Part shown: in pieces, positions 1-13,617 of the stretch
How positions within the stretch are numbered: the stretch's first letter is position 1
How the letters are laid out: each line of letters begins with the position of its first letter
From: Octopus vulgaris
Lineage: Eukaryota
DNA length: 64,000 nt
Assembly (NCBI GenBank): GCA_951406725.2
Contig: OX597821.1
Coordinates: 107,260,001 to 107,324,000, forward strand
Direction of reading: 5' to 3'
Program-made: the position numbers and the translations under genes
Notes under the pieces: generated by a model
The model's database searches: none
Told to the model about the DNA's origin: nothing
Seen by the model: only the letters and a program-made list of their open reading frames with translations

Positions 1-185
1 ACACACACACACACACACCCTTATGTTGGAGCTGGTCACTCAACCCTATTATCTCCCCTAATTTCGCTCTCGCGTCTCATGTTTGATCTTTGACTTCTGG
101 CCGAAATCAGATCGCCATGTTGGTTCGTTAGTTACTGCACGCATTTTTTTCTCTCCTTCTTTCTGTGTTTTTTTCTCTCTGTGTA

Positions 186-223
186 TCTTTCTGTTGAAGA
201 GCGTAGGCTCGAAACGTTAAAGA
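186..223 (+). ncRNA. Hammerhead-like motif of a PLE terminus (also 6335-6372, 13342-13379; 62790-62827 on -)
   Basis: tcttt-CTGTTGA-a-GAGC(gtag)GCTC-GAAACGTT-aaaga. Stem I tcttt/aaaga, palindromic ACGT helix III. The core has A6U, so activity is doubtful. Confidence 0.45.
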
Positions 224-320
224 CTTGTTTTATTTATATTTCCTGAGCGCCATACTAATACAATTGTTTGTTTGTTTTCCACCTGCCTTCGTCTTTTGTC
301 TATTTTCATAAAGCTTCCCG

Positions 321-473
<153 letters not shown>

Positions 474-743
474 ATACTAAGTAATTAAGGGTTTAGCAAC
501 GATTTGCCTCACCACACACCGAATTTAGAAATAGCAGTCAAAGAGTTATAGCTATTCTTTCTACTAAAAGTAGAAAGAATAGCTATAACTCTTTGACGCT
601 TTTCTAAATTCTGTTTCGCAAACCTTAATTACTTAGTATTACTTAAACTTTCCTCGAATGGAGCTTTTACATGCCGAAATCTACTTGGTGAAATTAATGA
701 TTATTCCAAATTAATTAATTTCACCCTATATTATTACTGATAA

Positions 744-817
<74 letters not shown>

Positions 818-1080
818 GTGTGTGTGCGTATTTCCATGCAGCAAGTGTATCAATGTTGATCGCTTATAATGTACAACGGAAGTATTATTGCCGTCCAATA
901 AAAACCAACCAGTTAATTAAGAATCGATCAATAACAATCTATTACGCATTTACTCAAATCAGGTTTGTCTCCTAACAACGATGAGACAAGGAAGAGACAA
1001 CGCCTATTGAAATCAACCAATCGCAAGTAATACTTTACACAGTCGCACGCACATACAGACACACATAATACATACATATA

Positions 1081-1164
<84 letters not shown>

Positions 1165-1289
1165 TATACATGTTATTGTATTTGGGATTGCTCTTATTTA
1201 CGAAGTATGAAATTTACCAACACTTAACATCATTCAGTACATTGTTTAATATATTGTGATACGCTTTTTCTCGAAATTTTCTGTTCTAC

Positions 1290-1675
1290 TCTAGGCTGAG
1301 ACCCCGAGGTTTTAGGTGGGGTGGGCTAGTCGATTAGATCGACCACAGCACGCAAGTGGTACTTAATTTATCAACATCAAACGGATGAAAGGCAATGTCA
1401 ACCTTGGCGGTATGTGAACTCAGAGAGTAAAGACAGACGAAATACCTATTTCCTTACTACCTACAAGGGGCTAAACACAGAGGGGACAAACAAGGACAGA
1501 CAAACGGATTACGTGGATTACATCGACACCAGTGCGTAACTGGTACTTATTTAATCAACCCCGGATGAAAAGCAAAGTCGACCTCGGCGGAATTTGAACT
1601 CAGAACGTAACAGCAGACGAAATACTGCTAAGCATTTCGCCCTGTGTTCTAACGTTTCTGTCATCTCACTGCCTT
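1290..1675 (-). mobile_element. tRNA-derived SINE (family B, ...cagaaacgttagcacgccgggcgaaatgcttagc... type); also ~7390-7770 and ~14385-14768
   Basis: Reverse complement of the family seen on + at 21988, 53010 and 59118, with B-box-like gagttcaaattcc and gtcgactttgcctttcatcc core. The head lies ~25 bp upstream of each GRL ATG. Confidence 0.85.
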
Positions 1676-1698
1676 TTTTCCGATCTAATTAAACAAAA

Positions 1699-2697
1699 AT
1701 GTTGTATTCGACTGCAGATGGAAACAAAGGACATACAAAAGAACGTAGCCTTTATGATTTTATTCATTCCTTAAAGCCACCTGATTACTTCCCTCTACGC
1801 CGCATGAAAATGACACGAAATACTTGGAATTCCTTTGGATTATTCGATCGCATTTCATATATATCTTATTGTTTACTCTATGCTATGATATTGGCTGACG
1901 CTCTGCGATATTTTGTATTCATTGGGACAATTATTTTATCAAAGAAGTTTGGTTTGTTTATTGTATCAGTCTGTGTTTCATTTTTAAACTTTTTTCAAAT
2001 TTCATACTGTATATATTTTTTAATAATATGTCCTGACCAATTAGAGAAAATAACCTGTTTTATTAATTACCAATTACCAGCTGATCGCCTGAAAATTTAT
2101 TCTAAGCTGTGGAATAAGCATAAACGAAAGAGTCTGGTTCTTCTCATGGTAAATTGCATTTCAAAATTTATCTATTACATCATTTTACCGTTTTATATTA
2201 CAAATATGGATTTTCTACAGATCTTTCCTTTCCCAGCGAAAAGCTCTCACTACCTTTTCCTACCAATTCTAGTAACAACTTATATGCTGACTTTATCACT
2301 TCTTTTAATGCGTTATAACGAGTATATAGTCCCCCTTTTCCTTATCGAGATCGTGAAACATGAATTCGATAAACTTAATGAAGGCTTTCCGAAAGGTATG
2401 CTCGATATAAAACATGGAAATTCTATAAATAAATGCAAAGCTAAAAGTCGTTTGATAGCCGAGATATCACAAAAACATCGAATACTCTGTAAACTACTCG
2501 AACTGGTCAGTGAAAAATTTCAGCTCCAGTTAGCAACAGTCATATTCTATGTCCCATGCGCTATTTTTTGGACGATACATGGAACACTAAATGATCTACT
2601 GGAGATAGAGGAGATAGCTTTTATGGTATGCTTCTTGCTTGGCAGCACATTTGCAATGCTCAAGTATTTCCATGAAGGCATAATACTATATAACAAG
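1699..2697 (+). CDS. Gustatory receptor-like (GRL, 7tm_7-type) variable exon, copy A (333 codons, TM1-TM6)
   Basis: Intact ORF after aaaaATG with six hydrophobic segments. It has GR-family IC2 motifs EFDKLNE and ISQKHRILCKLLELVSEKF. It ends in a phase-0 donor AACAAG|GTAAGT at 2697/2698; the last 7 aa of the track ORF (VSKLLHI) are intron read-through. Confidence 0.85.
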
Positions 2698-3294
2698 GTA
2701 AGTAAACTCTTGCATATTTAGCATTGTCAGCAATATTCAACTCAAACCAAGATGGAGAAACGCATTCATTTCTTCATTATTGGTCCTATTAAATTCTTTC
2801 GAAGTCGGCGACGATGAGGCGTCGTACAAATTACTTAGCTCTATTTCTTCTTCCTTTGTAATTTCTCATTTGAAATGACAATCACTTCGATTTTACTTTG
2901 CTCCCTTCAGGGTCGATACCGTAAATTATCAATCAGGTACTATTGTGAAGTGAAGTATTCGACTCGTTTTCTCGTATTGCACGTATTGGACTCGGCAACC
3001 AACAAATATCCCCTTCAGATAAATGCCGTTATCCCAGTTCGTTATAGCCCATGGAAATTGAACACTATGTTTTGTGAGTTGCTAGGGTTCAAAGGAAAGA
3101 AATTAATTTGTCAGGTAAATTGTGTCTACCTATATATATAAGCGAGAAGTTGAGGTTATAATAGATAATGGTGTCATTGACATCCAAAGGTGTTAGGTAA
3201 TGCTGAATAGGTGCTATAGACAGACCCTAGTTAAGTTCCAGATTCGGTAATATTGCGAATAAAGAGTTCAACTTTGGTTCTATGTCAGCGTGTG

Positions 3295-3705
3295 TATATA
3301 TGAATTATTAGCGTAATGTGATAAAAAAAAGCCAAGGCTGTATAGATATTAGAGCATTTATAGATAGAAGGTCTTACAGCTGTTTCTAAGATATTTATTA
3401 ATAATAATATCCCTTCATCGGAGATGGTGTGAGAGGAAATATTAAGTTATAATTTCGATGTGATATAAATAGAAAGTGAGGTGGAGAATATCTTACATCT
3501 ATTTTCTTTCCTCCACCTCACTCTCTATTTGTATCACATCGAAACTAACTATGACTTAATTTTTCCCCTCACACCGTCTCCGATGAAAGGATATTATTAT
3601 TAATTAATATTCTAGAAACAGCTGTAAGACATTCTATCTATAATGCTCTAATATCTATACAGGCTTGTTTTTATTTTAATGTCATTACGCAAATAATTCA
3701 TATAT
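3295..3705. repeat. Long inverted repeat (~190 bp arms), Penelope-like pLTR pair; copy at ~9388-9795
   Basis: Left arm ...gtcttacagctgtttct...ttcatcggagatggtgtgag...gaggtggag is the reverse complement of right arm ctccacctc...ctcacaccgtctccgatgaa...agaaacagctgtaagac. Confidence 0.8.
3576..3630 (+). ncRNA. Minimal hammerhead-ribozyme-like motif (mirror at 3371-3425 on -, copy at 9669-9723)
   Basis: gtct-CCGATGA-stem II (ggatatt/aatattct)-GAAAC-AGCT-GTA-agac. Stem I gtct/agac, palindromic helix III ACAGCTGT, GUA site, U4C core variant. Confidence 0.55.
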
Positions 3706-4069
3706 CTATCTATATATATATATATATATAGATATATATTTATCATAAGTGTAGGGCGTATACGAGTGGGTAAATATTTATAAAAAAGAAGCTTGAAAAC
3801 GCCACTATATAAGATAAGTTTTAATTTTCTTAGAAATTTTACATGTTTCGGTTCTTCTTGAAAAATGAACCTTATCAAAAATATTTTTAAAAGTTAAGTG
3901 TAATAAAAAAGTTCATAATTGTTTCTTACTGGTCTCAAAATAATTCACGTGTTGTTCTTTTTTGTGGGTAGGAAGCATAATAGCTGTCTTATGTGTTCGA
4001 ATAAAATAAGGAAATGACCAGTGGCCGAAATGGCAGTAGCAGCAGTGACTGTTGGTCGTAATAGTAGTA

Positions 4070-4620
4070 AGTCTATTTTCTAGAAAAAATTTTCCTCCAT
4101 TTAGCTTTCAGAACACTTCGTCTGGCATGGTAATGGAGAGCTGTGTTCGGGTAAATATTTCTCTAATCCAGTTGAAACGTCCGTATACACTCTTGTTTTA
4201 GTACTTTTTCTTCCTTGTACAGACTGTCGCAGTTGCCTAGTATGAATGACCGTCTTTTTCAAGTATAGCTAGAAATTCTACTCTATCATGTTCTTTATTG
4301 ATCTAGTCCATCGCCGCAAATGGCACATTCCGTTTGAGCTTCAAAACAGGCGTTGTCTTTTCTTTTACCACGTTCCTCGCTATCGCTTTAGTGCAACAGC
4401 CTAATCCTTCCAAAAATACATTTGGAAACACTTTTTAATTTCCTGTTTCAGTTGTACGACTTCTTCCGAAATTTAAACCGTACCAGCTATATTTTCACTG
4501 AGAACACTAATAAGGGTATCTCATATCTTAAATAGATTTAGTGAGTTTTTCAACGCATAAAGGATCTTCCTTTTCGTTACACCTCCAAACATTACGTTGA
4601 AAATACTTAGCCGATGAAAT
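4070..4620 (-). mobile_element. Decayed Gypsy LTR-retrotransposon pol fragment (protease end / RT start); copy at ~11092-11643
   Basis: Minus-strand peptides NVMFGGVTKRK..LKNSLNLF, FPNVFLEGLGCCT, PVLKLKRNVPFAAM and STGL..PLP..KLNGGK, with frameshifts. Confidence 0.75.
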
Positions 4621-4621
4621 A

Positions 4622-4955
4622 TATGTATTATGTATGTATTTATGTATCTATTACGCATGTATGTATGTATGTATGTATGTATGTATGTATGTATGTATGT
4701 ATGTATGTTTGTATGTATGTATGTACGTATGTATTTATGCATGTATGTAAGTATGTATGTATGTATTTATGTATGTATGTACGTATGTATTTAAGCATGT
4801 ATGTTTGTATTATGTATGCATGCATGTATGTATGTATGTATGTATGTATGTATGTATGTATGTATGTATGTATGTATGTCCGTATGTATTTATGTATGTA
4901 TGTATGTATGTATGTATGTATGTATGTATGTATGTATGTACGTATGTATGTATCT
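4622..4955. repeat. (TATG)n microsatellite (also ~11643-12008)
   Basis: Direct observation. Confidence 0.95.
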
Positions 4956-5194
4956 GAGTATCTGTGTTTGTCCCAACCACCATCACTCGACAACCCTGAT
5001 TTTGCTGTGTTTACGACACCGTAAAATAAGCGGTTCGGCAAAGCGGAACGGAGAGATTAGGTACCCGGATTTCGAAAAATATAAGTGCTGACGTTGATTC
5101 ACTTGACGAAAAATTCAAGGCCTTCGCATGGCGGTAGTCTAATAGCCGAGCCAAGTAAAAGAATAAAATGTATACATATATATATATATATATA

Positions 5195-6470
5195 TCGGAC
5201 AAACGGGACGCCGCTTGGCTGACCGGTTCGCGGAACACCTTCGTGACATCCACCTTGCGAACGACACACCGGTCTCACGCCATTTCCGCTCCACCGGTCA
5301 CTCCTTGCAACACCTATCTGTGTTCGGTTTGTCCTTACACAGAGGTCATCCGGATTCCCGATTGCGCCGTGAACAGGAATTAATCTTCTCTCTTCGCTCT
5401 TATACGCCATTTGGTCTCAACTCTCCACACCCCTCATCATCTAACCCCCTCTCCCCCTCCTCACCTACCTTTCCCCCCGACTCCTACTTCTTCAGTCCTT
5501 CATCCTTTCACCCCTACTCCCCTTCCCTTCTTCCCATCCTTCTCCCTCCCTCCTTCCCTCTTCCCCTTCCCTCTGCTCCCTCACTCCCCTTCTCTCTCCC
5601 CCTCTCCCTCTTTCCTCCTTCCTCCTCCTCCCCTTCCTTCTCCCCTCCTCTCTCTCCCCCTCTCCCCCTCCTCTCCTCCCTTCCTTCTCCCCCTCCTCCC
5701 CTCCCTTCCTTCTCCCCCTCTCCCCCCTCCTCTCCTACCCCTCTTCTCCCCCTACCCCTCTTCTCCTCTCGCCACACTGCACCACTCGACTTTACACATC
5801 ACATCATATATGATGTGCCATACTAATACATACACCAACTAATACATATTAAACATACTAATACATACACCAACCCCATACATACACACGTCCAGACCTC
5901 TCATACGCACTAATACTCTCTCATACACACACACACACACATACATACTAATACGTACTAATACATACTAATACATACACCATACACCAACCCTATACAT
6001 ACACACGTCCAGACCTCTCATACGCACTAATACTCTCTCATACACACACACACACACACCCTTATACATACTAATACATACTAATACATACACCAACCCT
6101 ATACATACACACGTCCAGACCTCTCATACGCACTAATACTCTCTCATACACACACACACACACACACCCTTATGTTGGAGCTGGTCACTCAACCCTATTA
6201 TCTCCCCTAATTTCGCTCTCGCGTCTCATGTTTGATCTTTGACTTCTGGCCGAAATCAGATCGCCATGTTGGTTCGATAGTTACTGCACGCATTTTTTTC
6301 TCTCCTTCTTTCTGTGTTTTTTTCTCTCTGTGTATCTTTCTGTTGAAGAGCGTAGGCTCGAAACGTTAAAGACTTGTTTTATTTATATTTCCTGAGCGCC
6401 ATACTAATACAATTGTTTTATTTGTTTTCCACCTGCCTTCGTCTTTTGTTTATTTTCATAAAGCTTCCCG

Positions 6471-6471
<1 letters not shown>
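5195..6471 (+). mobile_element. 5'-truncated Penelope-like retroelement (GIY-YIG C-terminus + 3' region) flanked by (TA)n; copies ~12244-13477, 1-322 (3' part), ~62696-62876 (- strand 3' end)
   Basis: GQTGRRLADRFAEHLRDI...PVSRHF...H...RLRREQELIFSLRSYTPFGLN, then a CT-rich tract, a ~120-bp tandem triplet and a hammerhead-like terminal motif. Confidence 0.8.
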
Positions 6472-6530
<59 letters not shown>

Positions 6531-6533
6531 ATG

Positions 6534-6604
<71 letters not shown>

Positions 6605-6608
<4 letters not shown>

Positions 6609-6806
6609 ATACTAAGTAATTAAGGGTTTAGCAACGATTTGCCTCACCACACACCGAATTTAGAAATAGCAGTCAAAGAGTTATAGCTATTCTTTCTACT
6701 ATTCTTCTTTAGTAGAAAGAATAGCTATAACTCTTTGACTGCTATTTCTAAATTCGGTGTGTGGTGAGGCAAATCGTTGCTAAACCCTTAATTACTTAGT
6801 ATTACT
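6605..6806. repeat. Near-perfect palindrome (97-bp arms, 8-nt loop) between (TA)n tracts; eroded versions at ~470-645 and ~13616-13782
   Basis: agtaatactaagtaattaagggtttagc...ctttctacta / tagtagaaag...gctaaacccttaattacttagtattact. Confidence 0.9.
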
Positions 6807-6905
6807 TAAACTTTCCTCGAATGGGGCTTTTACATGCCGAAATCTACTTGGTGAAATTAATGATTATTCCAAATTAATTAATTTCACCCTTATTATTACT
6901 GATAA

Positions 6906-6967
<62 letters not shown>

Positions 6968-7794
6968 GTGTGTGTGCGTATTTCCATGCAGCAAGCGTAT
7001 CAATGTTGATCGCTTATAATGTACAACGGAAGTATTATTGCCGTCCAATAAAAACCAATCAGTTAATTAAGAATCGATCAATAACAATCTATTACGCATT
7101 TACTCAAATCAGGTTTGTCTCATAACAACGATGAGACAAGGAAGAGACAACGCCTATTGAAATCAACCAATCGCAAGTAATACTTTACACAGTCGCACGC
7201 ACATACAGACACACATAATACATACATATATAATTATATATATATATATATATATATATGTTTATACATGTTATTGTATTTGGGATTGCTCTTATTAACG
7301 AAGTATGAAATTTACCAACACTTAACATCATTCAGTACATTGTTTAATATATTGTGATACGTTTATTCTCGAAATTTTCTTTTCTACTCTAGGCTCAGAC
7401 CCCGTGGTTTTAGGTGGGGTGGGCTAGTCGATTAGATCTACCACAGCACGCAAGTGGTACTTAATTTATCAACATCAAACGGATGAAAGGCAATGTCAAC
7501 CTTGGCGGTATGTGAACTCAGAGAGTAAAGACAGACGAAATACCTATTTCCTTACTACCTACAAGGGGCTAAACACAGAGGGGACAAACAAGGACAGACA
7601 AACGGATTAAATGGATTACATCGACACCAGTGCGTAACTGGTACCTATTTAATCAACCCCGGATGAAAAGCAAAGTCGACCTCGGCGGAATTTGAACTCA
7701 GAACGTAACAGCAGAAGAAATACTGCTAAGCATTTCGCCCTGTGTTCTAACTTTCTGCCATCTAACTGCCTTTTTCCGATATAATTAAACAAAA

Positions 7795-8790
7795 ATGGTG
7801 TATTCGACTGCAGATGGAAACAAAGGACATACAAAAGAACGTAGCCTTTATGATTTTATTCATTCCTTAAAGCCACCTGATTACTTCCCTCTACGCCGCA
7901 TGAAAATGACACGAAATACTTGGAATTCCTTTGGATTATTCGATCGCATTTCATATATATCTTATTGTTTACTCTATGCTATGATATTGGCTGATACTGT
8001 GCGATATTTTGTATTCATTGGGACGATTTATTCATCAAAGAATTTTGGTTTGTTTATTGTATCAGTCTGTGTTTCATTTATTAACCTTTTTCAAATTTCA
8101 TACTGTATATATGTTTTAATATGTCCTGACCAATTAGAGAAAATAAACTGTTTTATTAATTACCAATTACCAGCTGATCGCCTGAAAATTTATTCTAAGC
8201 TGTGGAATAAGCATAAACGAAAGAGTCTGGTTCTTCTCATGGTAAATTGCATTTCAAAATTTATCTATTACATCATTTTACCATTTTATATTACATATAT
8301 GGATTTTCTACAGATCTTTCCTTTCCCAGCGAAAAGCTCTCACTACCTTTTCCTACCAATTCTAGTAACAACTTATATGCTGACTTTATCACTTCTTTTA
8401 ATGCGTTATAACGAGTATATAGTCCCTCTTTTCCTTATGGAGATCGTGAAACAGGAGTTCGATAAACTTAATGAAGGCTTTCCGAAAGGTATGCTCGATA
8501 TAAAACATGGAAATTCTATAAATAAATGCAAAGCTAAAAGTCGTTTGATAGCCGAGATATCACAAAAACATCGAATACTTTGTAAACTACTCGAACTGGT
8601 CAGTGAAAAATTTCAGCTCCAGTTAGCAACAGTCATATTCTATGTCCCATGCGCTATTTTTTGGACGATACATGGAACACTAAATGATCTACTGGAGATA
8701 GAGGAGATAGCTTTTATGGTATGCTTCTTGCTTGGCAGCACATTTGCAATGCTCAAGTATTTCCATGAAGGCATAATACTATATAACAAG
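7795..8790 (+). CDS. GRL variable exon, copy B (332 codons, TM1-TM6)
   Basis: Paralog of 1699-2697 with about 13 substitutions and one in-frame codon deletion. Same AAG|GTAAGT donor at 8790/8791. Confidence 0.85.
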
Positions 8791-9802
8791 GTAAGTAAAC
8801 TCTTGCATATTTAGCATTGTCAGCAATATTCAACTCAAACCAAGATGGAGAAACGCATTCATTTCTTCATTATTGGTCCTATTAAATTATTTCGAAGTCG
8901 GCGACGATGGGGCGTCGTACGAATTACTTAGCTCTATTTCTTCTTCCTTTGTAATTTCTCATTTGAAATGACAATCACTTCGATTTTACTTTGTTCCCTT
9001 CAGGGTCGATACCGTAAATTATCAATCAGGTACTATTGTGAAGTGAAGTATTCGACTCGTTTTCTCGTATTGCACGTATTGGACTCGGCAACCAACAAAT
9101 ATCCCCTTCAGATAAATGCTGTTATCCCAGTTCGTTATAGCCCATGGAAATTGAACACTATGTTTTGTGAGTTGCTAGGGTTCAAAGGAAAGAAATTAAT
9201 TTGTCAGGTAAATTGTGTCTACCTATATATATAAGCGAGAAGTTGAGGTTATAATAGATAATGGTGTCATTGACATCCAAATGTGTTAGGTAATGCTGAA
9301 TAGGTGCTATAGACAGACCCTAGTTAAGTTCCAGATTCGGTAATATTGCGAATAAAGAGTTCAACTTTGGTTCTATGTCAGCGTGTGTATATATGAATTA
9401 TTAGCGTAATGAGATAAAAAAAAAGCCAAGGCTGTATAGATATTAGAGCATTTATAGATAGAAGGTCTTACAGCTGTTTCTAAGATATTTATTAATAATA
9501 ATATCCCTTCATCGGAGATGGTGTGAGAGGAAATATTAAGTTATAATTTCGTTGTGATATAAATAGAAAGTGAGGTGGAGAATATCTTACATCTATTTTT
9601 TTCCTCCACCTCACTCTCTATTTGTATCACATCGAAACTAACTATGACTTAATTTTTCCCCTCACGCCGTCTCCGATGAAAGGATATTATTATTAATTAA
9701 CATTCTAGAAACAGCTGTAAGACATTCTATCTATAAATGCTCTAATATCTATACAGGCTTGTTTTTTTATCACATTACGCTAATAATTAATATATCTATC
9801 TA

Positions 9803-9858
<56 letters not shown>

Positions 9859-10437
9859 ATAAGTGTAGGGCGTATACGAGTGGGTATATATTTATAAAAA
9901 AGAAGTGTGAAAACGCCACTATATAAGATAAGTTTTAATTTTCTTAGAAATTTTACATGTTTCGGTTCTTCTTGAAAAATGAACCTTATCAAAAATATTT
10001 TAAAAAGTTAAGTGTAATAAAAATGTTCATAATTGTTTCTTACTGGTCTCAAAATAATTCACGTGATGTTTTTTTTTTTGTGGGGAGGAAGCATAATAGC
10101 TGTCTTATGTGTTCGAATAAAATAAGGAAATGACCAGTGGCCGAAATGGCAGTAGCAGCAGTGACTGTTGGTCGTAATAGTAGTAACCGCGGTGGTGGTG
10201 TTAGTGGTGGTGGTTGGAGTTGCAGCAGCTCATTGGCTGTAGTAGTAGTAGCAGCCGCAGCAGCTGTGGATGGAGTTGTGGCGGCAGTTCATTGGCAGTA
10301 TTGATAGCAGCAGCAGCAGCAGTGGGAGACTGTTGATCGTAGTAGTAATAGTAGTGACCATAGTGGTTGTAGTAGTAGTTTATATAAATCGTTCTCTCTC
10401 CTCCCACTATCTCTCTTTCCCTCTCTCTCTCTCTCCC

Positions 10438-10501
<64 letters not shown>

Positions 10502-10507
10502 AATATA

Positions 10508-10575
<68 letters not shown>

Positions 10576-13476
10576 AGTGTGTCTGTGTGTGTGTTGTAAT
10601 GTGGATTCTCGTCCACTTGTATGTTGTCATCGGAACCGTAATAATCTTGTCGCATAATTATGTTGTTACGGTATTCTGCGTCTTGTTATCTTTGACTCGT
10701 CTATCGTGCTATCGCTCATAGATCCGCAAGACAATGACTGTGAAACGTCTACCTTGACGGTAACTCGAATTCGTATATATCACTTAAATGACACTAACTT
10801 CAATAGAAATCACGTTCAACGACTTTACTACTGACACCGTACAGCAATGGACAGTGTGTCTTTATAGTGGTTGGTCATACCACTTAGCCACGTTGAAGTA
10901 GTGCGTCATTTTCACTAGAACAAATCCCACCTTAGAGTTTTTTGTGTGGGAAGCAAGTAGATTCATCTTACGTTATTTACCTCTTCTCCCATTTTAGCGA
11001 TTTTTTTTCAACGTAATATTTTCATTTCTTTTTGGCGACCATTTGTAGGAACTGTGTTCTTTTTTTTCCTTCCACTTTTATGCGTGGTTTCAAGTCTATT
11101 TTCGAGAAAAAATTTTCCTCCATTTAGCTTTCAGAACACTTCATCTGGCATGGTAATGGAGAGCTGTGTTCGGGTAAATATTTCTCTTATCCAGTTGAAA
11201 CGTCCGTAACACTCTTGTTTTAGTACTTTTTCTTCCTTGTACAGACTGTCGCAGGTGCCTAGTATGAATGACCGTCTTTTCCAATTATAGCTAGAAATTC
11301 TTCTCTTTCATGCTCTTTATTGATCTAGTCCATCGCCGCAAATGGCACATTCCGTTTGAGCTTCAAAACAGGCGTTGTCTTTTCTTTTACCTTGTTCCTT
11401 GCTATCGTTTTAGTGCAACAGCCTAATCCTTCCAAAAATACATTTGGAAACAATTTTTAATTTCCTGTTTCAGTTGTACGACTTCTTCCGAAATTTAAAC
11501 CGTACCAGCTATATTTTCACTGAGAACACTAATAAGGGTATCTCATATCTTAAATAGATTTAGTGAGTTTTTTCAACGCATAAAGGATCTTTTTCGTTAC
11601 ACCTCCAAACATTACGTTGAAAATACTTAGCCGATGAAATATATGTATTATGTATGTATTTATGTATCTATTACGCATGTATGTATGTATGTATGTATGT
11701 ATGTATGTATGTATGTATGTATGTATGTATGTATGTACGTATGTATTTATGCATGTATGTATGTATGTATGTATGTATTTATGTATGTATGTACGTATGT
11801 ATTTAAGCATGTATGTATGTATTATGTATGCATGCATGTATGTATGTATGTTTGTATTATGTATGCATGCATGTATGTATGTATGTATGTATGTATGTAT
11901 GTATGTATGTATGTATGTATGTCCGTAAGTATTTATGTATGTATGTATGTATGTATGTATTTATGTATGTATGTATGTATGTATGTATGTATGTACGTAT
12001 GTATGTATCTGAGTATCTGTGTTTGTCCCAACCACCATCACTCGACAACCCTGATTTTGCTGTGTTTACGACACCGTAAAATAAGCGATTCGGCAAAGCG
12101 GAACGGAGAGATTAGGTACCCAGATTTCGAAAAATATAAGTTCTGACGTTGATTCACTTGACGAAAAATTCAAGGCCTTCGCATGGCGGTAGTCTAATAG
12201 CCGAGCCAAGTAAAAGAACAAAATGTATACATATACATATATATCGGACAAACGGGACGCCGCTTTGCTGACCGGTTCGCGGAACACCTTCGTGACATCC
12301 ACCTTGCGAACGACACACCGGTCTCTCGCCATTTCCGCTCCACCGGTCACTCCTTGCAACACCTATCAGTGTTCGGTTTGTCCTTACACAGAGGTCATCC
12401 GGATTCCCGATTGCGCCGTGAACAGGAATTAATCTTCTCTCTTCGCTCTTATACGCCATTTGGTCTCAACTCTCCCCCCCTCCTCATCTAAACCCCTCTC
12501 CCCCTCCTCATCTACCTCCCCCCCGACCCCTATTTCTTCAGTCCCTCATCCTTTCACCCCTACTCCCCTTCCCTTCTTCCCTCATTCTCCCTCCCTCCTT
12601 CCCCTTCCCTCTGCTCCCTCACTCCCCTTCTCTCTCCCCTTCTCCCTCTTTCCTCCTTCCTCCTCCTCCACTTCCTTCTCCCCTCCTCTCCCCCCTCTCC
12701 TCCCCTTCCTTCTCCCCCACATATCCCCCCTCTCCCCCTCTCCTCCCCTCCCCCTCTTCTCCTCTCTCCACACTACACCACTCGACTTTACACATCACAT
12801 CATATATGATGTGCCATACTAATACATACACCAACTAATACATACTAATACATACTAATACATACACCAACCCCATATATACTCACGTCCAGACCTCTCA
12901 TACGCACTAATACTCTCTCATACACACACACACACACACACACTTATACATACTAATACGTACTAATACATACTAATACATACTAATACATACACCAACC
13001 CTTTACATACACACGTCCAGACCTCTCATACGCACTAATACTCTCTCATACACACACACACACACACCCTTATACATACTAATACATACTAATACATACA
13101 CCAACCCTATACATGCACACGTCCAGACCTCTCATACGCACTAATACTCTCTCATACACACACACACACACACTCTTATGTTGGAGCTGGTCACTCAACC
13201 CTATTATCTCCCCTAATTTCGCTCTCGCGTCTCATGTTTGATCTTTGACTTCTGGCCGAAATCAGATCGCTATGTTGGTTCGATAGTTACTGCACGCATT
13301 TTTTTTCTCTCCTTCTTTCTGTGTTTTTTTCTCTCTGTGTATCTTTCTGTTGAAGAGCGTAGGCTCGAAACGTTAAAGACTTGTTTTATTTATATTTCCT
13401 GAGCGCCATACTAATACAATTGTTTGTTTGTTTTCCACCTGCCTTCGTCTTTTGTCTATTTTCATAAAGCTTCCCG

Positions 13477-13544
<68 letters not shown>

Positions 13545-13558
13545 ATGTATATATATAC

Positions 13559-13617
<59 letters not shown>

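Larger units (their letters stand above)
6170..13175 (+). repeat. Tandem duplication unit B (~7.0 kb)
   Basis: Collinear with unit A, plus ~0.9 kb extra at ~10186-11091 that unit A lacks. Confidence 0.95.

Noticed and set aside
2698-2721. Treating the three ORFs as complete single-exon 340-aa genes
   Set aside because: They lack TM7 and have a consensus donor 7 codons before the stop.
2911-3114. In-frame 204-bp AG/GT-bounded segment (GRYRKLSIRY...KKLICQ; also ~9004-9207) as a private exon 2 for copies A/B
   Set aside because: It starts inside a decayed SINE core, has no GR IC3/TM7 similarity, and the AG is GG in copy C. At most a cryptic exon.
5820-6170. ~120-bp repeats with short variable parts, superficially array-like
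   Set aside because: Simple tandem duplication with variable (CA)n inside a PLE 3' region. No unique spacers, eukaryotic context, not CRISPR.
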